Positions 35,001 through 40,768 of a stretch of 64,000 nt of DNA are shown here, in pieces; position 1 is the first letter of the stretch; each line of letters starts with the position of its first letter. Source of the stretch: a virus. Under the pieces are notes generated by a model that was given only the letters and a program-made list of their open reading frames with translations, was not told the DNA's origin and searched no databases. The stretch spans positions 1 to 64,000 of the IMG/VR virus record IMGVR_UViG_3300037722_000226. One strand, 5' to 3'. A program made the position numbers and the translations under genes.

Positions 35001-36477
35001 GGCCCGTGATGCGGTCGTGCTCGTCTCGAACGTAGGCCACGCCGCCACCGGGCGTCAGATCACGGCCCATGCTCTCGAGCAGGCCGCGGTAGGTCTCTTC
35101 ACCGAGCCGTGGATCGAAAGGCTCGGCGGCCGGCGTTTCAGCCGACACGCCGATTTCGTCGCCGAGAATGGCCTCGGCATCGACCGAGCCTTGTGGGACG
35201 CCAGCGGGCGGCGGCGCGCCCGGCTGGGTCGGTTGAACAATAGGCGGGATTTCCTCGTCCGGGCCGAGCCGATCGCCTTCCCCGCGCAACCCCGTGTCAG
35301 TACGTCCAGCTCGGTCAGTACGCCCGGCTCGCTCAGGAGAGGCCGCTCCCATACCGGCGCCGAGCATGGCGCCCGACAGCGCGCCGCCGACTGCTTCCTC
35401 GAGCACGTTGTCCCAAAGGTCTCGATCGAATCCGGCGTTGCGCATGGCGATGTTCTGCGACATCGCTTCTGTGCCGGACTGAAAGAACTCCTGCAGCGCT
35501 TCTATGCTGCCGCCCTTCAACGCGCTTTTGATCAGGCCGAGATCCCGCGGCTTCAATCCGAAGGCCGACGTCATCATGGCACCGGCCGGAGCCGACAGCA
35601 TGAACGTCGTGACCAGGGTGAGCGCCGCCGCATCGCCGCTCGCGGCGCTCGCAATAATCTCCCTGGACTTCTGAAAACGCTCTCCCGGCGCCAGCCCGGA
35701 CAGCGACTCGAAAACCGCTCGGTAGTCGGCGGACTCCAGTAGCTCGTCATGGGTCATGCCCATGACCTCGCCCTGAACTTCCGCGCCGGACATCGGCGCC
35801 GCGACGCCGGCCTCGCCTAACCCGTAGCCGACTGCTGCAGCGGTTCGCGCGCCCGCGCCCGCAGCGGCAAAACTGCGCGCGAGTACGCCGCCAGCTCCGA
35901 TCCCGCCGAGCGTCGCTGGTAGCGAGCCGATCGCCATGACCTTCGCCTTGTTCCACTTATCGCCGAAGGAGCCCTGGCCCAGAAACTCAACTTCCATCGC
36001 GCGCCGTGCGGTTGGCGAGAGTCCTTCCTCCGTGATGCCGATCGCGTCCAGGTTGGTCCTGATCCACGTATCGGCAGCCTCGTGGCCTTGCTCTTGTATC
36101 CAGCGGCCAAGCTCTTCGCCCTTGACCGGCTTGCCCAGCTCCATCGGCCTGCCGCGAAGATCCAGCGGCCGCCCTTCGGCATCGCGCGGCGCAATATTCT
36201 CTCCAATCTCGCTCGCGCGCTTGCTGAACTTCTCGAGCATCCATCCCAAGCCGGCACCCATGCTCGCGAACGTCGACATCGCCATGCGGCCGTAGTCCGA
36301 CCACTCGAGCGGTTCCTCGGGGCTCCCGATCGGCCGGCGGCCTTTGATGCTGACGAGCGGCGTGCGCGGCGTCGAGTCCGTTGCCGACCCAACACCCTCT
36401 AGCGAAGGCGAAGTAGCAATTTGATCGGCAGCGGGCTCGGCCGGAACCGGCCTACGATTCAGGATCGTGACGGGCAT
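23071..36477 (-). CDS. giant polyvalent virion-module protein (4,468 aa)
   Basis: Single uninterrupted ORF. Motifs verified at nucleotide level: SGDEF (34516-34530), DGDKLD (32767-32784), NPPF (31597-31608), DESH (30214-30225), HEILGH (27079-27096). Flanked upstream by internal-virion-like proteins. Confidence 0.9.
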   Translation of the reverse strand: MPVTILNRRPVPAEPAADQIATSPSLEGVGSATDSTPRTPLVSIKGRRPIGSPEEPLEWSDYGRMAMSTFASMGAGLGWMLEKFSKRASEIGENIAPRDAEGRPLDLRGRPMELGKPVKGEELGRWIQEQGHEAADTWIRTNLDAIGITEEGLSPTARRAMEVEFLGQGSFGDKWNKAKVMAIGSLPATLGGIGAGGVLARSFAAAGAGARTAAAVGYGLGEAGVAAPMSGAEVQGEVMGMTHDELLESADYRAVFESLSGLAPGERFQKSREIIASAASGDAAALTLVTTFMLSAPAGAMMTSAFGLKPRDLGLIKSALKGGSIEALQEFFQSGTEAMSQNIAMRNAGFDRDLWDNVLEEAVGGALSGAMLGAGMGAASPERAGRTDRAGRTDTGLRGEGDRLGPDEEIPPIVQPTQPGAPPPAGVPQGSVDAEAILGDEIGVSAETPAAEPFDPRLGEETYRGLLESMGRDLTPGGGVAYVRDEHDRITGRTSSTNPAWFQNMQPRMTVRAVQTAIDKAIAGEQLTGREQRAVGIVLDEIDLEIDAEVRAQTPADRRDQDRRQDIARRSRVSEMTPEEMRAELLTSQLTGLRNRRAYDEAERQPIQVAIDADSLKWVNDSLGHQAGDEMLRAIGDAIGNATDRGYHLSGDEFAIEGATPEEIAGIMEHIEERLAMATIEATSPDGETITLEGLGISYGTGSTLNEADQQLRQHKQERETQGVRAGRGEQPPGATRRSRRGEGLADQDQAPRGEEADRIADAARAARKPIIITDATPRRKVKDAADGQSTRAKPPKTGKEDSAAEGARAAVRSEEAAVQPAGEREVTGPIPPGAIGRNARGLPIYEDASGVRSYAESGVRVSETVSLVPTREGMRTGVDRDARSDDYLTEEERGTGAGPTATPITTAPQGFEVDPAQAVTSAQEQQVRGGKYSAVARRLSPWSSERGYGDTPESAQRDALRRAGAFEKQKPKASPNKIFTEDAAAKARALLKSKLGTASAGIDPEMMQAGITLAGYHIEKGARTFAAYSKAMIDDLGDAIRPYLKSWYMAVKYDPRAAEFADEMDSGADVEKADVAAAALTQKDIDAAAHAAATSPQNDRPQPTQAQKEANGEGNYKLGEPVKLHGVTWKVENPKGSYRFKFDEQTLIDVAKQAKSYVGATEHERVLDLLRGGRIPEAFEAAKSFERNLRGAGGDLGRTRALADRLRKMRDESWFNKMPAHYARGDVEGADGDKLDAFLGPRASDETLPVYVIDTNKLSDGKTFDEHKVMIGFESAQAALEAFASSYSDNISARIFSGIMPMEPAKFAAWAQSESKKPVTGKSDDVAITTIRIGLRDRTISESTSSEPRETKPVADFAAARARREPTKHELIEMGRAHAEETGDGDLSDAELEEIGSELWALVGGEIDINEVAPLRPGAGSMGITDFESARAERDASEVVKLGRMFARLFASGDGFGSIIQARRAAAEVLGRNVKSGTADAKMVDEAIELGATMRAREIVMAGGTPRVIYGKLVALYAQMPRLGTRTSTSVAEQAYSTPVPLAYLAAQAAGITSNSTVYEPSAGNGALLMTAVQAADAGMVKANELNADRAANLRATMPFVDVTENDAARWKPRGTFDVVIGNPPFGVVKNERGQTERFQVDDEYSTGEIDHAISMKALDVMRDDGSGVLIVGSINKLARSEEARSDAYNSKAKREFYLKLYAQYNVVDHFTVAGELYEKQGAGWPIDVIVIRGRGKSSMPLPAVQPPRLYESWESLAEKLDAQYESAPVGLRPPVRERDSIEQRPADRDERDRGRSGEARPDRQREQPAPVEPAAIRDRPLEREPGDTRPAEPEPRKPAEAERGDDAERRPRRVAVTAAEGESLLQVPYRPASTAPSMGTLVPVNMQTAMEDALESLKRRVGSIEQFVADRLDYKPDELSEYFGAEQVDALALGLDNLERGAGFIVGDQTGVGKGRVVAGVIRYAIRAKRTPIFVTEKPNLYGDMYRDLTDIGIQKMLGREVNILMTNSAQAVPLDEEGKYTLKSGGAQEHNRLLDEIAESGTLGQYDVVFTTYSQMQTLKGDVTPRMRFLETMANGGIVMFDESHNAGGSVKQMEGKKPIVNRSTFARQLAQIAHGVFYSSATYAKRPDVMDLYASTDMRLAVSDISNLAEAIQKGGVPMQQVVASMLAGAGQYMRRERSFDGIVYNATTVNVSRKSYADYSRALAMIQEFSEKFVPAATKRIDRELKSEGKSITGDGSTGGAGAASTNFTAIMHNLIDQMLLSITSDAAATQAIEALKKGEKPVITVSNTMGAFIEEFVEGLNINQGDKIAIDFNALLNRYLERTRWITLRKPFQKGKGERKYLTDDEIGPIGVGIYESTREIIRNMDFSALPVSPIDHIRNRLSEAGYKVGEITGRQHTLDYGKGGPFYRVRSSRETSIRGRRETISGFNRGDLDAMIINQAGSTGLSLHASEKFKDQRKRRMIIAQAEKNIDTHMQMLGRINRTGQVVLPEYDQLVADVPAVKRPAAVLSKKMASLNANTTASRGHALKAENVPDFMNEYGDIIAARLMADNYEIHKKLGKPLGEPDEDGFDYLDAARKVTGRIPLLPIEEQEHIYELLETEYEDLLRQKEAAGESVLEARTLALDARVTDRKQVIAPQGIDSPFADGVYVEKADVKRLGKPHKTEEVLAFIAEELGIEPSRLSADDMGPALLRGRAAASETVARVEGLVREYRREIVDDLETPEARDNANARIDGQVSRFRDLMSVAFVGQSVRIQTNAGNYYGVVIKVEQKGEPKNPVALGSWKVTLAMADSSRRQTIPMSQLDVAQTVGDLSMTRSAIMPEKHILGDVTVIRAFDELQAEAREERTLVTGNLLAGFEHVGGRGSIINFTDADGGVRQGIIMPRGYNYDKAQADMPVALRRADQVVEFVRTGHEAHSSDNAVLIKQNGDGLRIEVLSAKSGGGRYYLNRAVLNAIGQDFVSVGNRMRADISEVQAATVIDALKRAGAAFQAIENLKAAREIAGRDGGSSAEPRPDRADSDIDMDAEPIIGSAAEKGKGIGVKAARAFVERFTARWENIPARLIVTTRAEMLGMPEDLKQSLDRRDPRRTARGLHVQERNAVWIFADNITSKRQLTQTVVHEILGHYAAYQYFGSNYRMVADFMLRTFPKMAVELAQSYRADMRTNAGRNIVGNEIVAWIATEMEAGTASQRMKNAFGRFVLALNRMLQSIFGASFSLTTLEARDLIRQASRYAKTGAGAPVHTAMSQADATANLMVAYHGSRHRFGNFRLDKIGDGEGVQAFGWGLYFAEMKAVATEYQTAGKAARGEQEYESVTYKGRVYSFGEPRAMALHMAKKIGRGKAAANLEKYAARAERSGRSDAAREMRDEAKLLKNVDPTDIQVNGEGHVYEVEIPDEAVDRMLNWDAKLPAALRERLRALAKSYDQAHSAGLKDALEAPNTTGGGMYGALVVATGDPSSRAASMALEALGIPGIQYRDSGSRSNKAERTTRNFVVFNDELITVKKIDDSAITAVENDAIHAQTMQASRDVDMLTDPASDAELNLMAGEEAVKRSKSFMASVGRGVLVGADGLLQKSGKGQPLDRLFRAPFAIFGATNELGVFKVHQPYKTFANNAVSNARAMMQTPRFRWLRHTAGMVHRDMVQKYGIDDKFTHAMETAKRGLIDRYGLAKEYVERDIKRQADERGMLMEGRDVLTDLMNQGVGSKEAETMHRMLTGGEVTDSHMAGLAVPIRAAIDAMGAEAVELGLISAESYERNRGAYLHRSYKHHEANRTSLAKFASDVMTQRRRRIIGNQFKGRGIFLKKSMDRVLSDAPEDWWGRKKHKGRPDTALLGSKFRVFDRVSAPGAGTSDAEGIVPKTIKERVLQRIYWPADLAVPAKFAALENRGIFQVRDVGSGNLVLWRDFTAEEREQMGEIVDARYAIAKTYQQMAHDLASGRFFHDIASNPEWSSKTDPTGDSPNAEESRLRMYADADWVRVPETKIEKSNTYRYGALAGMYVRSEIWRDMVEIGRMQKAGFWREVMKQWKLNKTARNPVVHFNNIMSNILLMDMADVRLRDFVGGLRSFIEKDEHYKAALQHGAFGADVISQEIRDNVLKPILAEIEGQNLAESRTGLWGVMTRVLSMIKNADQKSLDLYRLEDEIFRMATYMRKVSLGMTPDRAAIAARDQFLNYDIRAPWINALRETVLPFIAYTYRAVPVVAESIADRPWKLAKYFTVAYLLNTLGYLIAGDLDDEDEERATLRDEERGRSWVGVYRMLRTPFNDAWGNPIFLDTRRYIPAGDIFDFNQGSSALPIPAPFQFGGPLMIAAEYMLNKQGFTGDEITNDLTDSGGEKAAKVANFLWKSAAPSAPWVPGSWYFSKIMSAWTGELDPMMREYSVPLAISSSIGLKLKPHDVALNRQYAMNRLDTVERALNTQLNALARDYTRRRIDLEFYMSEVETINRKRLKVAEERRKLAPQ
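25942..26694 (-). other. ADP-ribosyltransferase-like (ART-PolyVal-like) domain, aa ~3262-3512
   Basis: AYHGSRHRFGNFRLDKIGDGEGVQAFGWGLYFAE ... GHVYEVEIPDEAVDRMLNWD ... GIPGIQYRDSGSR...NFVVFND gives an H-Y-E arrangement. The assignment is from memory of the family. Confidence 0.5.
28888..30705 (-). other. strawberry-notch-like SF2 helicase domain, aa ~1925-2530
   Basis: GDQTGVGKGR (motif I), MFDESHNAGG (motif II), INQAGSTGLSLH and QMLGRINRTGQ (motifs V/VI). Confidence 0.75.
31258..31980 (-). other. N6-adenine DNA methyltransferase domain (motif I then NPPF), aa ~1500-1740
   Basis: Motif I VYEPSAGNGALL and motif IV DVVIGNPPFG. Confidence 0.8.
32578..33126 (-). other. family-I inorganic-pyrophosphatase-like domain, aa ~1118-1300
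   Basis: KVENPKGSYRFKFDE resembles EIPKGSxNKYE. ADGDKLDAFLG matches the PPase signature D-[SGDN]-D-[PE]-[LIVMF]-D-[LIVMGAC] except for K at position 4. Followed by PVYVID...FDEHKVMIGF. Confidence 0.55.
34330..34722 (-). other. GGDEF-type (diguanylate-cyclase-like) domain, aa ~586-716 of the giant protein
   Basis: LTGLRNRRAY ... VAIDADSLKWVNDSLGHQAGDEML ... YHLSGDEFAI ... ISYGTG ... ADQQL follows the canonical GGDEF domain motif order. Confidence 0.7.
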
Positions 36478-36486
36478 TGATCGCCC

Positions 36487-37974
36487 TCAGTAAAGGAATT
36501 CTTGGGAATTGCGGCGGGCATCGGCCAGCGTCGCGTTGACCTGGGCGACTTCAGGACTGTCGCCGGCCATGCGGTTCGCGGTCGCGCGCGATGAGGTATT
36601 GCGCCCTCGCCCTGTTCTGTTTGAAGCCTGCGGGCTGCCGCCGATCTCGTACACTTGGCCATCCGGCCCGAGGCGGATCGTCGCCGGTTTGCCGTCAATT
36701 TCGACGTCGTACTCGTAGCCGGCTTCGAGTTGCGACGGATCGACGCCCTGCACGACCTCTCCGGCCCAGGACGGCTTCTCAGTGAAGGCAGGACGGGCAA
36801 CCTCACCGATCAGGTGTTGCTCTGCCGTGGCGAGCTTCTGAGCGGCCTCAGTCTGTGCCTTCGTCCGTTCGATCGCGAGCCAGTCAGCCGCTTCCTGCTG
36901 TGACTTGTCCCAGCCGCGTGTGCGCCAGGTCTCCGCGCGCCTGGCAAGCTCGGTCTCGCTCGGGATGCCTCTCGTAGCCTCGAGCACGGCCTGGGAAATC
37001 TGTCCCGTTCCGATGCGCCCGGCCGAGACGTGCTGACGCAGCCGGCCCTCCATCGCAGTCGCCTCGGCGATCTGGAAGTCGACCAAGCGGCGGGCTTCGG
37101 GGTCGGCAATGCCCATGATCTCGCCGAGCGGCCCGAGCTGGCCGCCCGCGCTGCGCACGATGTCGCCGCGCAGATGGTTCCCCACGGTCTCGGGGTTGTA
37201 CGGCGACGTGTCGCGGCCGCCGCCGTCGCCGCCGTCCGCCGCGCCGACCACGGTGCGCCCGGTTTGTGGATCGACGAGTCGATCGTCCTTGCCGAGCTTC
37301 TCAAGCTCTCCGGCCGGCATCGGGTACGCCTTCAGCCAATCGTCGATGCTGGCCGCCGCGCTCCGATGACCGCTCGCGCTGACGAGCGTATAGGTGTCGT
37401 CGTCTGGATTGTGCTCGATTTCAGCGACTTCCATCTCCGGCGGCACCCTGTCGTTGAACCGCTGGAGCAAGAGCGGCTGACTCACGCCCTCCTTGATCCC
37501 GGAGAACAAGCTCGAGAACCCGGCCGTGGCGACAGACTGCTGATTTTGCGCGTGCCCGGCATCTTCTCGCCCGGCCTGCGTGCGGCTGCGGCTCAAGTCG
37601 AACTGCCGCGCCTCCGTGTCGAGATCCTCACGGCCTCGGCGCCGAGTGATTTCTTCTTCCTCGCGCCCGGCGCTGCGGCGCGCTGATTCGAGACCGAGCT
37701 GCCCGCTTTCGATGCCGATGTCACCACTGGCAAGTTGCTGCTCTCGGGAACGGCGCTGGTAGTCAAGATCCTCTGGCTCGCGCTGATCGGCACGGCGCGC
37801 GCGTTCCAAGGTCAGCCGGCTGCCTTCGAGAGACACGTCCTCGTGCTCGCGACGCCTAACGCGATCCTCGGCCTGAATCTTGCGATCTTCCTCTTCGAGA
37901 CGTCTCTGGCGCGCCGTAGCGAGCCCTGCGCGCAGTCCGGTCCCGAACCCTGCTGCCCCTGCTGCCGACGCCAT
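36487..37974 (-). CDS. internal-virion-like protein (495 aa)
   Basis: Full ORF with a charged coiled-coil N-terminal half, directly upstream of the giant ORF. Confidence 0.6.
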   Translation of the reverse strand: MASAAGAAGFGTGLRAGLATARQRRLEEEDRKIQAEDRVRRREHEDVSLEGSRLTLERARRADQREPEDLDYQRRSREQQLASGDIGIESGQLGLESARRSAGREEEEITRRRGREDLDTEARQFDLSRSRTQAGREDAGHAQNQQSVATAGFSSLFSGIKEGVSQPLLLQRFNDRVPPEMEVAEIEHNPDDDTYTLVSASGHRSAAASIDDWLKAYPMPAGELEKLGKDDRLVDPQTGRTVVGAADGGDGGGRDTSPYNPETVGNHLRGDIVRSAGGQLGPLGEIMGIADPEARRLVDFQIAEATAMEGRLRQHVSAGRIGTGQISQAVLEATRGIPSETELARRAETWRTRGWDKSQQEAADWLAIERTKAQTEAAQKLATAEQHLIGEVARPAFTEKPSWAGEVVQGVDPSQLEAGYEYDVEIDGKPATIRLGPDGQVYEIGGSPQASNRTGRGRNTSSRATANRMAGDSPEVAQVNATLADARRNSQEFLY

Positions 37975-38729
37975 TACGCCACCATCAGGTCTTGATTGCG
38001 CGTCAGAACGCTGCCGGGAGCCGGTACATCAACGCCGGTCATCGTCGGCTTGACTCCAGCGCTACGATTCTGGCGACGATCACGAAGCATGCCGAGCCCT
38101 GTGCCCGCCAGCTCTCCGGCTGCCGCACCGAAGTTGCCGCCAGCCTCGTAGGCGTAGTCGTCGGACAGTCGCGAACGGCTTGCAGCGAGCGAGCTTACTT
38201 GCCCGAGGCCCGCTTGAGCGCCAGACGCGAACGGCGCGGCCGCACCGGGGTTGGCCAATCCGAGCGCCGCGCCCTGCCGATTGAAATTGAGATCCCGAAC
38301 CGCGCCGCGCGCGCGCGTGCGGGCGGCACCTTCGATGCGGGCTTCTTCCAAGCTGCGGGCAGCGCCCATGCTCGCTGCTGCCCCTGACGCTGGATTGACG
38401 CCAGTGGCCCGCTGGCGTTGCTCGTCGGAACGACGCGCGGTTGCGAGCGAACCGCGAACGTCAGCGACGGCTGCTGCCTCCTCGGCATCTGCCGTGATCG
38501 GCTTGAATGCTTCCTCGACGAACTGCTGCTCGCGAGGCTGAAAGTTGCGCGTGTAGTGCTCGAAGAGCTGCCCGGCGCGCCGGTCCTGATTCTGCGCGAG
38601 CTGGAGCTGCCGAGATTCCAGCTCAACCGAACGCGCCCGGTCGCGGTCGGCCTGTTTGTCGGCTTTCTTGCTGCCGAGAAACCCAAGTACAGTGCTACCG
38701 ATTCCAACGCCAGCGGCGACCCACGTCAT
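37974..38729 (-). CDS. internal-virion-like protein with N-terminal TM segment (251 aa)
   Basis: MTWVAAGVGIGSTVLGFLG followed by Ala/Gly/Arg-rich sequence. Confidence 0.55.
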   Translation of the reverse strand: MTWVAAGVGIGSTVLGFLGSKKADKQADRDRARSVELESRQLQLAQNQDRRAGQLFEHYTRNFQPREQQFVEEAFKPITADAEEAAAVADVRGSLATARRSDEQRQRATGVNPASGAAASMGAARSLEEARIEGAARTRARGAVRDLNFNRQGAALGLANPGAAAPFASGAQAGLGQVSSLAASRSRLSDDYAYEAGGNFGAAAGELAGTGLGMLRDRRQNRSAGVKPTMTGVDVPAPGSVLTRNQDLMVA

Positions 38730-39235
38730 CGGCCCACTCCTATCAAGCGACTCAATCGACGAACGAACTTCCGCAGCGGGCTTCCCAGATTCTCCCTACG
38801 TCCGGCCTCGTATGCTTCAAACGACGGTGCAATGACTTCGGCCTCGATCTTCTCCAGGTCCGTGCCGTCAACGACATGGATCGTAGTCCAAATCGTATCT
38901 TCCAGCGCCAGCACAGCGCGCTTGGTGCCCGGCGCCGACACGAACGTCAGCGGCGCCCGAAGCTCTTCGAGCCCGCCCTCCGGCGTCGACACGAGCACGT
39001 GGCCTTTCGATATCACGTTCACGTGCGCATGGCGGTGGATCTTCCCGACCACCGTGGAGCCCATCGGCAGCTCGATCTCGCGGCCGTAAGAGCCGTCCGC
39101 GAAATGGTGGCGCGTCACGAAGTCGTCAGCACTGAGAGCCTCTGGATAATCACGAAACGCCCGCTCCAGCGCCAAAAGCTGAGCCCGGCGTTCATCTCGG
39201 CCGACATCAGCCGCTCGAATCGAGCTTTGAGGCAT
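38726..39235 (-). CDS. cupin-like protein (169 aa)
   Basis: GSTVVGKIHRHAHVNVISKGHVLVSTPEG resembles a cupin metal-site strand pair. ATGA overlap with the downstream gene. Confidence 0.5.
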   Translation of the reverse strand: MPQSSIRAADVGRDERRAQLLALERAFRDYPEALSADDFVTRHHFADGSYGREIELPMGSTVVGKIHRHAHVNVISKGHVLVSTPEGGLEELRAPLTFVSAPGTKRAVLALEDTIWTTIHVVDGTDLEKIEAEVIAPSFEAYEAGRRENLGSPLRKFVRRLSRLIGVGR

Positions 39236-39473
39236 CGTTCAACCCCCGCGCTACATCGTCCGATATATTATGCTCGCCGGCAGCGGATTGCGACTGTTGC
39301 GCATCATGCACGGCCGCGACATCTTTGATTAACTGGCCCGCGGCTTCGATGACGGCGAGCTGGTTGATCAGCGCGTCGATCCGCTTATCGCTCACGGCCG
39401 CTTCGGCGTCGAGGCGGCGCTTTTTTAGTAGCTCGGTCAGAAGCTCTTTGCGAATCTTTTCGGCGTAGGCCAT
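39207..39473 (-). CDS. hypothetical coiled-coil protein (88 aa)
   Basis: Full ORF. Confidence 0.5.
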   Translation of the reverse strand: MAYAEKIRKELLTELLKKRRLDAEAAVSDKRIDALINQLAVIEAAGQLIKDVAAVHDAQQSQSAAGEHNISDDVARGLNDASKLDSSG

Positions 39474-39493
39474 GTGGGGTTCCCTGTGATTAT

Positions 39494-40756
39494 TTATGTG
39501 AGCCGGACTTGCACGGCGTTGCCCGTACGATACCAGCCGTTGATGGGCACGCCGCCGGCATCGGCAGCCGTGTCGTCAGCATAATCCTCAAGCTCGAGCA
39601 CGAGATAGCCGTCGCCATCGAGCAGGAGGACTAGCGCCGACAGCGCTGCGTCGGGCACGACGGCAGCCGGGAACATGCCGGCCGTGAGCTGCCCGAAGGT
39701 GAGCGCGCCGGCTGTCTGCCGCAGCACGCGATCGTCGGTGCCGGCGCTGATCGCGGCAAGATTGCCATCGCCTGCCGTCGAGACCCCGAGTACCGCTTGG
39801 CCCGTTACTTGCACGATGTTCGCGAGCGCGAGGCGGCTCGTGCCAACGGCTTCTGACTGCGAGAGATCAATGGCGCCGAAGGCGACCACGGTGCCCGATC
39901 GGCGCAGTACTTGGTGATCCGATCCGGCCTGAATGTCCGCGAGCACGCCGCTCGAGTCCGCTGCGCGGCCGAGCACGGAGAGCGCCGCCGCGTCCTCGAT
40001 GGCGCGATAAGGAATCGTCGCATCGACAATCACGGCGCCGTCGATGCCGATGGTCTCGATGCCGTCGACGTCGCCGACAATAAACGGATTAACCACGGCC
40101 ACGGTGCGCGCGGTGAATTCCACAGTGCCGCTCATGATCGTGTCGCTCGGCGTGTCCGCGTCGAGCCAATTCGGCTCGTCGGTGTCGTCGGTCGTGCCGG
40201 CGGTCGTAACCTCGTAGATGAGCCCCGTCGAGCGGTCGGAACTCTCGCTCGGAATAACAAAGTCACCGAGCGCGTAAGCTGTGTCCAGCTCGAACTCGAC
40301 CGCCGGCCGCACGATGCCAAAGCGATTCGCTTGCGTGATGAATGGCACTTCTTCGGTGTCGTCGCCTGGCAGACTGCCGATGATGCCGACGACGTAGCCG
40401 TTCGTGTCGAGATCCAGCACGTTGGCGTCGGTCGCGATGAAGCTCAGTGCCGCGAGTTGCTGTTCGACCAGCGTGCGGAAGTCGTTCTGCGCCCCGATCA
40501 GCGATTGAATCTGCCGCGTGATCTCACTGGTGAGCGTGTCAGAAGAATCGACCGTCGCGGCGCGATCGGATGTCGTGGTGACGTCCGCGCGCAGCTTGCC
40601 GGCCGTGAATGCGAGTCCGGCGCCGACGTCGCCGATGCGAAGTGCCCTGCCCGGCCCGACCGTCAGCTGCTCGAGTGCGTCACGAATCGGCTCAAGGACT
40701 TTGACTATCTTCGGGTCGATGCCCGAGATGCGGGGAATTTGGCGGATGGTGCGCAC
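39494..40756 (-). CDS. tail fibre / spike-like protein (420 aa)
   Basis: Full ORF with Gly/Thr/Asp/Val-rich beta-type composition, directly after the 807-aa tail protein. Confidence 0.55.
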   Translation of the reverse strand: MRTIRQIPRISGIDPKIVKVLEPIRDALEQLTVGPGRALRIGDVGAGLAFTAGKLRADVTTTSDRAATVDSSDTLTSEITRQIQSLIGAQNDFRTLVEQQLAALSFIATDANVLDLDTNGYVVGIIGSLPGDDTEEVPFITQANRFGIVRPAVEFELDTAYALGDFVIPSESSDRSTGLIYEVTTAGTTDDTDEPNWLDADTPSDTIMSGTVEFTARTVAVVNPFIVGDVDGIETIGIDGAVIVDATIPYRAIEDAAALSVLGRAADSSGVLADIQAGSDHQVLRRSGTVVAFGAIDLSQSEAVGTSRLALANIVQVTGQAVLGVSTAGDGNLAAISAGTDDRVLRQTAGALTFGQLTAGMFPAAVVPDAALSALVLLLDGDGYLVLELEDYADDTAADAGGVPINGWYRTGNAVQVRLT

Positions 40757-40768
40757 TGATCTAGTCCG

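Noticed and set aside
23071-36477. The giant ORF could be an N4-type virion RNA polymerase, since the capsid looks N4-gp56-like.
   Set aside because: I found no T7-like RNAP motifs. MTase, SF2 helicase, GGDEF and other motifs are present instead, so this is a polyvalent DarB-like protein.
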